This document shows, piece by piece, positions 37,760-50,164 of a DNA stretch of 64,000 bases. The notes under the pieces are model-generated. The model was not told the origin of the DNA. It worked only from the letters and a program-made list of their open reading frames with translations, and did not search any database. A program made the position numbers and the translations under genes. Position 1 is the stretch's first letter; every line of letters starts with the position of its first letter. The stretch is from positions 26,226,001 through 26,290,000 of the forward strand of contig OX597814.1 of assembly GCA_951406725.2 (NCBI GenBank). Direction: 5' to 3'. The stretch comes from Octopus vulgaris. Lineage: Eukaryota.

Positions 37760-39410
37760 GTTGTCATCATCATCATCATCATCGTTTAATTTTCGTTTTC
37801 CATGCTGGCATGAGTTGGACGGTTTTACTGAGGTCTGGAAAGCCAGCAGGTGGCCCAGGCTCCAATATGATCTGGCAATGTTTCTACAGCTGGATGCTCT
37901 CCCTAACGCCAATCACTCTGAGAGTGTAGTCAGTGCTTTTTACATCCCACCAGCACAGGAGCCAGTCAGGCAGGCCTGGCATCGATCACATTTGGATCAT
38001 GCTTTTTATGTGCCACCGGTATGGGAGCTAGTCAGTGGGTACTGGCATCGACCATGTTCAGATAGTGCTTTTTATGTGCCACTAGCATGAGAGCCAATGA
38101 AGCAGACCTGGCATCAGCAACATTCAGATGATGCATTTTATGTGCCACTGGCATGGGAGCTAGTCAGGGGGCACTAGCTACAGCTACGATTTTGGTTTTA
38201 CTAGACTCAACAGGTCTTCTCAGGCATATCATATCACCCAACACATCAAGGTACTTTTAAATGAACCAGACATGCAACATTGGCATCGGCCATGGCTAAG
38301 ATCTCACTTTAGTTGCAAGGTCTTCTCAATCACAACATATCTCTTAGTTACCAGCAGAGGTAGGAGTTCCCTGAACTTTGCCCAGGCTATTCTTATTCTA
38401 GCTACTACACTCTCGGAGCAACCACCTTTGTTGCTACAGACTTGGTTGCCTAGGAAGTGGAAGCTATCAACTACTTCTAGTTTTCCCCCTGGCATGTGAT
38501 GGAATCTGTTTTCTGTACATCTTCAGTGCTTATTGCTCCTGTGCATCTGCCACACACAAAATCTACCTTCCCAGTTAACCTTCCTTTGATATTACTACTC
38601 CTTTTATGTGTCCATGGCTTACACCAGGTACATCATATGGAGTTTCTACCTATGCATTTTGTACAGATTGAGTGGGACCATCTACCTGAAGGGGTTTGTG
38701 ATTTGTCAGCCTTCCTACTTACTAAGACTTTGGTTTTTGCTAGGTTAACCCTAAGGCCCTTCAATTCTAGACCTTGCTTCCATGCACTAAACTTTGTCTC
38801 TAGTTCTGGTAGTGACTCGGCTATTAGAGTAAGGTCATCAGTATAGAGGGGCAGCCTGTCTTGAATTCCTCTGTTATTGACTGGAGGACTATGATGAATA
38901 CGATGGGGCTGAGGATTGATCCTAGGTGAAATCCTTCTTCTACCTGGAATTCTTTACCACACTCATTGCCAACCCTCACCATACTAACAGCATCCCTGTA
39001 CAGGGCTTGTACAGCTCTTACCATCCACTCGTCTATCTCCAATTTCTGCATTGACCACCAAATAAGCGATCAGGGGACCTTGTCAAAGGCTTTCTCCAAG
39101 TCAACAAAAGCCAAGTAGAGAGGTTTATCTTTGGTTAGATATTTCTCCTGCCTTACCAGAAATATAGCATCAGTGGTCTTCTGCCCGGCACAAAACCAAA
39201 CTGCATCTCATCTAGGCTAACTCTCTACTTAATTAATTTGGCTATGACCCTCTCTGTAACTTTCATCACCTGCTCCAATAATTTGATACCCCTGTATAGT
39301 AATTTCTATCTAAAGCATCACCTTTACCTTTGTAGCAGTTGACTATGGTGCTGCTACACCAGTCATTGGGTATGACTCCTTCATGAACAAGCTGATTTAC
39401 AATGCAGGAA
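37760..39410 (-). mobile_element. RTE family A 3' portion (RT, internal deletion, UTR with 4 x 66-bp units, tail)
   Basis: EGVIPNDWC..YKGKGD, DEWMVRAVQALY, RIRIAWAKF; UTR units start at 37933, 37999, 38065 and 38131. Confidence 0.9.
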
Positions 39411-39465
39411 GTAAATAATTCAGCAATGTAGGAATATACCATATTCCTTGTCCTATCTAGTGAAT

Positions 39466-39496
<31 letters not shown>

Positions 39497-39504
<8 letters not shown>

Positions 39505-39741
39505 AAAAGAAAATAGAAGGGATACAAAAATGACATTCATCAGCCAGTAGACATTCTATTATGTCTATTTATTCAAAAACAAAAGTGGTTATTGGGTATT
39601 ATAAGAATATATACATAGTCTTTGCATGAGTATGTATTCTTATAATACTCCCTTTTGTTTTGGAATAAATAGACATAATAGAATGTCTACCAGCTGATGT
39701 AGGTCATTTTTGTATCCCTTCCATTTTCTTTTTACCATATA
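39497..39741. repeat. ~245-bp imperfect palindrome
   Basis: 39497-39613 is complementary to 39630-39741 (e.g. gtagacattctattatgtctatttattc / gaataaatagacataatagaatgtctac). Confidence 0.88.
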
Positions 39742-40434
39742 AATTATGGGTAAACCACTTTTTATCCTTGCCCATATATGACAGTACTACTGCCATTTTT
39801 AATATTATACTCTCCTATCATTGAAAAGGAAACTCACTTTGCATAATGCATTCATAGATACATTATTTTGGAAAAACTAAGCTGATAGCAGATCGAAAAC
39901 CCTTTTGGATAAATTATGAGCAAAAGGTTTCACTCATTTTCCCCAATAAAGATTCGTTCTCTGAAACAACTGCACAGAAATGTGTTAAATATGAAGTTGA
40001 AAAGATAACTCTCCTGTCTCCAAATTGAAGTAAGTAATTAAGTTTGGGCATATGTATGTAAGCATATATGTCTTTATATATGCATTATGTATATCATTAG
40101 AAATGTTAATCTGCATACAAATTTTGGTTACTTGATTCAGTGAATAGGTGAGCAACTGAATACATGCATGCAGGTGTATGTACATAAGTGATTCTCAATC
40201 TCTATGACTTTGTGAGGCATTGAAGACCAAGTAAAAAATTACCCAGGCATTTAACATGAGAAGTTTTTTAAAAAACTGTTTTAAAGCTTGAAATTTAGAG
40301 AAAAATGTTATAATTAATGTTTCATTATTTTTTCTGTGTTTAACGAAATTATGAGTATCACATTTTTGAAGACGCTCAGATATTAGTATAGATTTTCTAA
40401 AAATTTTAAATCATATTTTCTTAAATCTATGACA

Positions 40435-40550
40435 TACACAGCTGTGACTGCATAGTAAGTTTGCTTCCCCACTACATGGTTCTGGGTTCTGTCCCACAGT
40501 GTGGCAAGTGAGTAAGTGTCTTCTATATCCTTGTGAATGGATTTGGTAGA

Positions 40551-40552
<2 letters not shown>
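40435..40552 (+). mobile_element. tRNA-SINE 5' fragment
   Basis: Matches the 25907 head, with deletions. Confidence 0.65.
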
Positions 40553-40584
<32 letters not shown>

Positions 40585-40587
40585 CTG

Positions 40588-41375
40588 TACAAAGTGGTAT
40601 CAAAAAGTTCCTGGACTAGTTCTGTAGTGCACTAACAGAGGGCAGCACATGGTTGCATGTGCAGTGACAACTAGCGGTGACCTTCATGAGGCAGTGTGTA
40701 AAGTAACATCACTGTGTTTACTTCGCAAGTTGTGAAGTTTGTGTTTTTGTGATCATGTATCCTGTAGTCTGCGATTTTGTTGTGAACAGGAAGTTGGAAC
40801 AAACAGCCAATGTGAAATTTTGCATTAAACTTGGGAAGTCTGCTACAGAAACATTGAACATGCTTCAGCAAGCTTACGGCAATGAGGCAATGGGTTGTAC
40901 GCAGTGTTCCAAGTGGCACAGGTACTTCAAGAGCAGAGAATCCTCTTTCGAAGAAGATGAGTAATCTGGAAGACCAGCCACAAGTGTCACCCATGTAAAT
41001 GGAGAGAAAATTCATCAGCTTGTGCTTGAGGATCTTTGGAGGACAATCAGTAACATTGCTGATGTTGTCGGTCTGTCATATGGGTTCATGCAGACAATCC
41101 TAATGTCTGAACTGAACATGCAACTCGTCTCTGCCAAATGTGTCTCCCACCTGCTAACCACTGAGTAGAGGGAACATCATGTTGAAGTCTGTCAAGATCT
41201 CAGTGTACCACTGATGACCCATCCTTCATGTCATCACTGGTGATGAGAGTTGGGTCTATAGGTATGACCCTAAGATGCAGCAGCAGATGTCACAATGAAA
41301 GAAGCCTTCATCTTCATAACTGAAGAAGGCATGACAGAGCCACAGCTCATTATTTTTTATGACATCTGCATCATG
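40588..41375 (+). mobile_element. Mariner transposon (second family), 3'-truncated
   Basis: TA-caaagtggtatcaaaaagttcc TIR; LEQTANVKFCIKLGKSATETLNMLQQAYG..EEDE*SGRP; ITGDESWVY.YDP. Confidence 0.88.
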
Positions 41376-43169
41376 ATATTGTTGTTTGGCCTAATCAGCC
41401 CTGATTAAGCAGATACATTGTTTCATATTCTGCAAATTTAGTCAAGTTACTTGTTTTGACAATTCCATTATTTGTTCTTTCTTAACATTTCTAGATCTAC
41501 ATTATGCAATGAGTCATTCCATTCTAAGATAGTAGAATGTAATTTGAGTGAGATTATCCAGCTATTTCTAGCTGGTGAAGTGACCATAGAAGGACTCCTT
41601 CATTGGCTCATAGTCTTATGGTAGATGTAAGTTACAACTAATCACATTCCTCCTCCTCCGCTGCCTCCTCCTTTATCCCTGTTTTGTTCTTGCTACAGTT
41701 GACCCATCACACAATGATAGACAATCAAATATCTTTAAAGTAACCGAAAGGTTCAACATCCACCTCATCATACATTATTTGGTGTTCTGAATTATTTTGT
41801 TTTTACTTTATATTTTGTTCTTACCTCGAGACTAACTCTTGCTGAATAATCTTAATATATGACATGTGTGTTGCTAGGTGTGTGTGTGTGTGCACACATG
41901 CTCACTTGTTTTTATTTCAGCACAGATAAAGGCATAGGAATTACTCATTTCTTTCATAAATCTGACCACTTGTCTGAATATATTACTATAATGTGGTGTA
42001 TAAAACTCTAGAAAGATGAAAGCCCAAGTTGATATAGATAGGTTTTGAAACCGCTGAACTTCTAAGCTCAGTAGTAACTCCTGAGATGTAGTAGTGAGCC
42101 TCATGAAGAAAGGTAGAGAGCCTAAAGAAAACAGCTAATTTTGTGTAAGTTATTTCTAAAAGGAAAATCAAAAGGAATAATTAACTGAAAACATGAGATA
42201 CAACAGAGCAATAAGTTTTTTATGATAATGTGGCTGGCAATGTTTGAAACCAGCCAACTCATCGTCATCCTGTTCAATGTAGAATTGGAATAATGCCATT
42301 AGATTGACGCTTATAAAATATCTCACACGGTTGCATTTGATTGCTGGCTTTAATGATAGCATGCACAACTGGTCTGCTTCGGTTCAGCAGTTTTATGGAT
42401 GAAGGTAATCTAATGGTGATGTAGGAGAAAGTTGTTGCTTTCTCTCTTATCCATATTCTTAATTACATCAAGGCTCAAATACAATGAAAGTTTTTATCCC
42501 TAGGAAGTTTCTTGTCTGCTTTACAATAAACTTAATGTTATATTCCTCTGCAAACTCTGTATCACTCAGTCGTTATTGTACAAGATTCAAACATTAAAAT
42601 AGAGATTTTCCTTGAGAAAAGCACCTCCAAAATACCTAACTCGAAAATAAAGTACCAATTTTCTATACAATATTGATTTCTTTTGACTAGACACAAGGCT
42701 AATTTTCAGAAGGTTTGGGTACAGACAATTAAATCAACCCCAGTAACTTACTTATACTCATTTTATTGATTCCCAAAGAATAAGCAAAACAGTATTAACT
42801 CTAAGAAGAATTGAACTCAGAAGAATTATTCAAAGAATATACCACTCAGAAGAATTAAATACTCAAGTCAGATACTGTAAAGCAATATTGCTCGCACTAT
42901 AGAAAATTTCAAGTTAAATAATCCCTTATTTTTTTTTAGGTACATGAAAAACAAATGTAATGGCCAATTAAGTCAATTCCAATATATGATTGGTACATAT
43001 TTTATCAATTTCAGAAAACTTTTAATTGACTTTGGAGCTATTTTAACTTAGAACTAAGACAGTTGAAGCTTGATATATCAGTATACTGAATCTAATCCTA
43101 ACCCTTCAGTCAATCCTTACTCCTCATGCTAGTTAATAGAAATTTTTTAAATTTAGCAAAATGCTAAAA

Positions 43170-43446
43170 TTCTTACTTTTTTACTCTTTTACTTGTTTCA
43201 GTCATGTGACTGTGGTCATGCTGGAGCACTGCCTTTAGTCAAGCAAATCGATCCTAGGACTTATTTTTTTGTAAGCCTAGTACTTATTCTATCGGTCTCT
43301 TTTGCCGAACTGCTAAGTTACAGGGACGTAAACCCACCAGCATCGGTTGTCAAGCAATATTAGGGGGACAAACACAGACACACAAACATACATACACATA
43401 TACATATATACGATGGGCTTCTTTCAGTTTCCATCTACTCACAAGG
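43170..43446 (-). mobile_element. tRNA-SINE 3' half
   Basis: Reverse complement of 26020-26324. Confidence 0.8.
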
Positions 43447-44020
43447 CTGAAGGAGTCATCTATGAGGCTACAGTGATACCTAGACCTCCTATATGCATTA
43501 ACAGTAATGTACCATCTAACAGCAATATATATTTAGAATGTGTTTCTTTTCTGATATATGTTTTATTAATTAACTATATATATAGGCAAATCAAAAATGA
43601 AAATAAAAACAAAAGCAACAAAAGTCAAAAGGATGTATGCATTGAATGTATTAGTTTAAGATGGAAAAGGAGATGGGGTGACATTTTGAGGATGATGCTC
43701 TTTATCAGAAAGAGGAAAGAAAGAATGTCCAGAAAGAAGAAAAAGAATAGTCTCAGGAAAATATATATATATATATATAGTAACTTCTATGCTGGAGTGG
43801 AGACAGCATGTTCTTTGTTTATCTCCCTAACTTCTTGGAGATTTTAGGTATAATTATACTAATGTGTCCATCTGTTCTAATTTAATTAAATTCCATGTCG
43901 TTGTGCAGCTGAGGATTGCTCTGCATTTTAAATTGATGTAATGATTGCATTGTTCAATTAAATAGAGTTGCATGAAACAATCGTACTGCATTACCTCTAG
44001 ATATCTTTGTTGCTTATTTT
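43447..44020 (+). mobile_element. Penelope-like remnant (GIY-YIG N-terminal trace plus pLTR with HHR)
   Basis: EGVIYEATV..NIYL resembles the VIYxAxV..YIG motif; an HHR lies at 43903-43991. Confidence 0.5.
43903..43991 (+). ncRNA. Type I hammerhead ribozyme with a long stem II
   Basis: gtgcag-CTGAGGA(43909-15)-long hairpin (tgc/gca, tct/aga, aattga/tcaatt, atgtaat/attgcat)-GAAA(43974-77)-CAATCG-TA-ctgcat. Stem I is 6 bp, stem III ACAATCGT is near-palindromic, and the triplet is GUA. Confidence 0.78.
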
Positions 44021-44404
44021 AATATATATATATATATATATATTTAATTGGCAAGCAGTACAGTTGTAACTGTGTAGTCAAGGAGTTTGATTCATAATCA
44101 CATGCCCTCAGGTACAGTCTTACTTGCTTGCATGACACTTTGACCACATGTTATCAAGACCTTGTGAGCAGATTTGTAATAAAAAAATTTGAAAGAGGCC
44201 TGTCATATATAAGTATATATTTCTGTTGTGTATCTGTGTATGTTTGTGTCTCTTTGTCTTGATATCCTTTAATATTTGCAAATGAGTGTCACTGTCATAC
44301 ATGTTTGTTTCTCATTTCTAATATTCTTTGTAATTCCCTATATCAGGCCATGGGGAAATATTATCTTGCTTGGAAAGGAATGATGCTTGGTAACTAGAAG
44401 CGTT

Positions 44405-44712
44405 TGTGAACTTTTGCTCCTAACAAAGAAAGTTGAAACATTCTCCAAATAGAAGAATAAAAAGACAATAAGAATTTGCAACGGCCATAAGTCATTTGAA
44501 TCTTTATACTGCATGCAAATTACATGTATTTGCATAGAGAGAGATAAAGGTAGTTTCTGTGCGTTCACATTCATATACATAAGAGGCAGTTATGTTTGAC
44601 CGTTACATCACTTGGAATTGCAGCAGGAAGAAAATATGTCTAATCACTTTGGCTGTGCCGTCCAAAAGCTATAGATTTAATTCTCCCAGTGGTCAATGGA
44701 TGAGACAAGGGA
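44405..44712 (-). repeat. 3' LTR
   Basis: Direct repeat of 48670-48961; ends CA on the minus strand; polypurine-tract side appears deleted. Confidence 0.85.
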
Positions 44713-47700
44713 GGCCAATGTACCAACCTGCCCGAAATGTGTTAAGGTTGGTGTGGAGTATCTTTGCAATTTGTTCATTTTGTTGGGTGTAGGTGCTTGT
44801 TGTGGTGGGCATGAAAATGTCTGTGGAAAGATAGGTGTGTCTGTTTCGGTGAATGCTTTTTTAACTCTGTCAACAGAGAAGTTATATCTTTTCTGTTCAT
44901 GTCACAGTAAACAGTTTCTTCGTGTGCTTAATTATTCAGTAAGAACCAGAATAAGGTGGTGTCACTGGACCCTTAACGGAATCATTCCAAATAAACACAT
45001 GCATCCATGTGGATATGTCAGAAGGAACCAGAAAGTACAGACTGTTGTCTAGACAACATTGAAGATAGGTCCACAAAGAAGGATCTAAGTTGAGTAATAT
45101 ACGAAGTTAGGTACATCAACAGGTGCTAACATCTAGCCAGGTAGTACCAAAGTGGTGCCATACAAGAGTTTGGCAGAAGAGTTTCCCAAATTTGCTTTGA
45201 TGTCTAAACAGCAACCCATTAGAACAACAGAAAGGAATTCTGACCAACGGTGGGGTTCAGGAGCAGCATGAATTGTGGCTTTTAGCTGCCTATGGAAACT
45301 CTCTACTATTCCGTTCACAGCAGGATGGTAGCTTGTGGTGTGAATATGCTGTATTCTGAGTAATTGTGACAATTCACGAAATAGACTTGCTTCAAACTGG
45401 CGGCAACAATCAGTCGTGATCCTGGAGGGTACTCCAAAACAAGAGATCCAACCTGAAATGGGTACTCTGGCAACAGAGACTGCAGAAATATTCACTAGAA
45501 GAATTGCTTCAGGCCAACTGGAGAATCTGTCAATGCAGGTCAGGATATACGTGAACCCGCAACTGATAGGCCATGGACCAACAATGTCGATATGAATGTG
45601 CTAGAACCTGGAATCCAGTGTCTGGAAGTGCCCCAAAGGAGCTTGCATAAGTCTGTGTATGTTTTTCATGCTGACAACATAGACAGGCACGTGACCAAGC
45701 AGTAATAGAATGTCACATATTTGACTAGAAAAATCAAGCCAAAATAAGCTTAACTGTGGCTGCAATGCCTGGGTGTGATAGCGAGTGCAAAGCTTTGAAA
45801 ACAGGACAATGATAATGCTCGAGGACCAGGGATCGGGGTGACCCAGTGGAAACATCACAAAGAATGATCCCTTCAGATGATGGAAGATGCAGGTGCTCAA
45901 ATTTGCAATAGGAAACACTGTGGTGAAGTCACGTCCAAAGAGTCCAAGGAAGGTTGGTCTGCAGCCATAGCAACCAGATCAATTGAAGCAGGAGAAGACA
46001 ACAAATAAACTGGCAGTTGAGACAGGGTGTTTGCAGGAATGTTCTCTATGCCCGCAATGTGGTGAATGTCAATGGTGAACTGTGAGAAATAATCCAAATG
46101 CCTGATCTCTCTCTGGGCAAGTACCAGTTAGTTTTGGTAAACAGTGCAAAAATTAATGGTTTATGATCAGTGAAAACCATGAACTCCCTACACTAGAGAA
46201 GGTGAGTAAAGTTCTTCATCGCAAGATAAATAGCTAAAAGTTGCTTTACTGAAAATGTTGTAACACAATTCAGCAGGTTTCAACTGACGAGAAAAGAAAG
46301 CCAGTGGTTGAGTTTGTCCATTTACAGTTTGCTGCAACACAACACCCACATAAATCAGAAGCATCAACTGTTAGAGACAGACTGGTGTCAAGAGCAGGAT
46401 GAGCCAAAAAAGATACATTGGTTAGCTCGGTCTTGGCCTTTTCAAAAGCTTGCAAAGCAGTAGGAGACAAGGAAATATTAGCATTTTTAGTCGGCTGTCC
46501 TTTTAAAAGCTGGGTCAAAGGAGACAACTTTTCCACTCAGTTGGAAATGAATCTTCTATAGAAATTAATTAAACCCAGAAGTGTTCTTAACTGTTTTAAA
46601 GAAACAGGAGGAGAAAAACTTTTGATGACCTCAACTTTAGCATCTGTGAGGTGTCCCAAATATTTTCGATTGGAAGATCCAAACTCACACTTGGATGGAT
46701 TGATCTTCACACCAAAAGAACGCAAACGTTGGAACAACTGGGTTAATTGCTGAATATGTTGATCCCGAGTAGTGCTGGCAATTAGAAGATCATCCACATA
46801 TGTGAAAACAACAGGTACGCCATGAACAATTTCATCACTAAATCTCTGGAATGAGCTTGCTGCATTACAAAGATCAAAAGGTATGGATGAAAATTCAAAT
46901 GCTGCAAAAGGTGTTGTTACTGCTGTCTTGGATATATCTTCTAGATTAATGGGAATTTGATGGTATGCGTGTACCAGGTCGATTTTGGAAAAAAATTTGC
47001 ATCCACGTAGGGCAGAAACAAATCCTGAAAATGTGGAACAGATAGTGATCCGGAACCATGACAGTATTAAGCCTTCTAAAGTCACCACAAGGACGAAAAT
47101 CAATAACGCCTTTCTTTGCTAAGTAAAAAGGCATGGCCCATGGGCTCTTGGAAGGACAAACAAGGCCAAGCTGGGGGATATGCTTGAATTCAGTTCTGGC
47201 AATCTGCAGCTCTTCAGGAGACAAACTATGAGGTCTGGAAAATACAGGAGGTTCTTTAGTCATTATAAATTGCCTAGTAGAATGAACTGGCTTTATTAGC
47301 TGGAATGTCAAGTCCATTAATTCGGGAAACGAAGCAAGTAACTGTAGATAGATATTTCCAGCAGCGGCTACGAAGAATGAAGATCTTACAGCAGGAATGG
47401 TAGTATCCTCTCCAGAGGCAGTGAGGAAAGTGGTTCTATCCAAAAGTCGACGTCCCTTGACATCCACCAGGAGTGAATAATGGTGAAGAAAATCTGCACC
47501 CAAAATTGGATATGGTAAGTCAGCAATAACGAAAATCTACCAGAATCCCCTATGGAGTAACGTATACTGTCAAGACCAAATGTTAACACTGGCTCCTGTG
47601 TTTACTATAAAATACTTTGAAGATTTTGCGTCTTGGATGAAGAATGCATGGTGAGGATTTTCAAGTGGGGAGATGACTGACATGCACAGGGTCACCCTGG

Positions 47701-48664
47701 CTGGTTTTCCACAGGGGTGAAAGAGCTGGGCTGTATACAATGATGAGCTTGATTCTTGAACCATCTGTGGTACCAGCAAACTGGAGGGGCTGGTCATGTG
47801 AAGGAGAACGCTGTCAGGGCCGGTTTCTCAAATGGGACCATAAAAAAGAAAAAGAAGAGCAATCCCTAAAGAGGTGCAAAACATACCGAGTGAGTTCCTG
47901 GATTACTTTCAAGGTCTCCGAAGATTGTTTATCCACCTTGATGGAAGAAGAGGCACTGGCAATATTATCTGCAGGGAGGTTTTTCAAGAACTCAGGAATC
48001 CCGATTGCCGTGGTGGTCAGTTGGTCAATAGGGGTAGTGTCCACCAGATGCACCAGTGCCGACTGGATGTTGGGTGGCATACAAGAGGAAAAGAGTTGTT
48101 TAACAAAGGCCTAACGCTCATAGGAGTCATCTGCAAGCTCTCGTAGCCATCTCAAAAACTGTTTCCCAAATATTCATCCTGCAGCAATGAGCAGAACTTG
48201 CTCTCAGCAGACAGTTTCTGCATAGCACCTCTGATTTGAACTCCTTGTAGGACATCCCATCTGATGTATCTATAAGTAAATCCCTGACAGACAAAACAAG
48301 TGAGGACGGTAAGCTGGACAATTCGATGTGCAGTTTGACCAGTGGCTGGCGAGTGCTTGCAGCAATAAAATAGGACTCCAGTTGTAAAAACCATATTTTC
48401 GTTTACCCATGGAATTGAGGGAACAGAAAATTGCTCATTTTATAAAGGCAGAAAAAACATTGAGAAGAAAGGAATGTCAAGGAACGCCAAAACGAATTGG
48501 AGAAGCCAAGATGGCAAAGCTTGAATGTGAAAAATAAAATTTTAAACATCAACTGTTTAGAACAGTTATGACGTGTTAACAGTTCTACTAATCTGTTTTT
48601 CTTTTCATTCGCTGTAAACTTGTAAAATGTAAACTTGTCTACTCATTTCTTGGGGGTCACTATT

Positions 48665-48975
48665 TTTTTAAAGTTTTGCTCCTAACAAAGAAAGCTGAAA
48701 TGTAGAAGGCAGTCATTCTCCAAATACAAGAATAAAAAGACAATAAGAATTTGCAATACAGCTATAAGTCACTTTAATCTTTATACTGCATGCAAATTAC
48801 AGTATTTGCATTGAAAGAGAGAGATAAAAGCAGTTTCTGTGCATTCATATACATAAGAGGTAGTTATGTTTGACCGTTATATCACATGGAATCACAGCAG
48901 GAAGAAAATATATCTAATCACTTTGGTTGCACCATCCAAATGCTAAGGATGAGACAAGGGATGTAACTGTCTACA
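48665..48975 (-). repeat. 5' LTR
   Basis: Begins TGTAGAC on the minus strand; adjacent to the PBS-like motif. Confidence 0.85.
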
Positions 48976-50164
48976 AGGGCATCCAGCTGTAGAATATTTG
49001 CTTCAATAAAACTCTGTTCGACCCATATAAGCAGTTACAAGTGACCTTCAAAACTATTATTTTAATGCCCATCCTTCTATTCATTTTAATGCCCATCCTT
49101 GTATTCCGTTCAATGCCCATTCTTCTATACAATCATGGCTTGGATAGAAATTTATCCTCAGACAAGATTTTTGAGGCTAAATGATTTTACTGTCAACAAC
49201 GTTTACTTGTTTTTCAAACAAGGAATTCTCTTATAGTCCACGAGTCTTCAAAAGCAGAGACCAACCAGTTGTAAAGTCAACAATGAATGTATAGATCATC
49301 AGTTTTCCTCTAATGTTGACTAGTAAGATATCAACATTTCATGCATGGTTGAGTTTATGTGCAGATGTACACACACATGCATGTGCACACACCAATGCAT
49401 ATACACCAGTACATACATCAGCACATGCACACACATACACACACACTGAACATGTGTGTATATGTGATTTAAGATCAGAAACTTGATGTTAAGAGCTATA
49501 AAATTTAACATTTTTGCTTCAATAAAATATACTTTGACACTTTGCACTAATCACTTTATGTAGAGTATTGAGAGCCTTTTATCATGGGAATTTCAAATTT
49601 TCACCATTCCCATTATTTTACAGTTTCACATTCATTCACATGAATATGTTTATAACTAGGAAGAAGCCCTAGAATTTATTTTATTAATGCAAAGAACTCA
49701 CAATTAATCCATCATCACCTGCATTTAAGATCTGAAAATTGTATGTTATGAGTGGTCATTTTAAAACTGAATCAAAAAGTCATAAATAGTTTGCTTGGTC
49801 ATCATTAAATTGCCATGAGTTTCACATTCCTGGATTTATTCCTACATGGAAAGTCTAAGAAAAGAACAAATACAGTCCAAGAGTGTTATCTCAATATTAA
49901 ATCATGATTTTGTGAATAGATTTCAGCAATAGCTAAGATTCAGGTTGAGTTACACAAATAAAATAGTTATATTAACATTTTTAATGTAATCCTAAATCTT
50001 CTTGAAATACAAAATATTCACATTGTTCCTCATACTAAAATGGTATGGAAGCTGAGTGAATCTCATTGTTAATCATACAAGCTCGCTATAGAAACAATTG
50101 CTTTCATAATTATTTTAATGTCATGTAATACAGATCAATGATGATCCAATGAGTTAGCATTAAT

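Larger units (their letters stand above)
44405..48975 (-). mobile_element. Degenerate Gypsy LTR retrotransposon (CsRN1-like), gag-PR-RT-RH-IN
   Basis: PR FIVNTGAS; [30 protein letters not shown]; RH LTVDASD; IN FGVPSRITTD..QFE..YHPAVNGIVESFHRQLK. PBS-like tagtgacccc (minus, 48653-48662) resembles the tRNA-Trp PBS TGGTGACCCC. Confidence 0.93.

Noticed and set aside
37129-38180. CRISPR-like 66-bp periodicity
   Set aside because: The variable parts are homologous to one another; this is a diverged minisatellite in a LINE UTR.
39890-40035. Possible host exon (AG...GTAAGT)
   Set aside because: All three frames hit a stop before the donor site, and no recognisable protein is encoded.
49060-49130. 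3 x ~24-bp tandem (ttaatgcccatccttctattc)
   Set aside because: Ordinary local slippage with no further structure.
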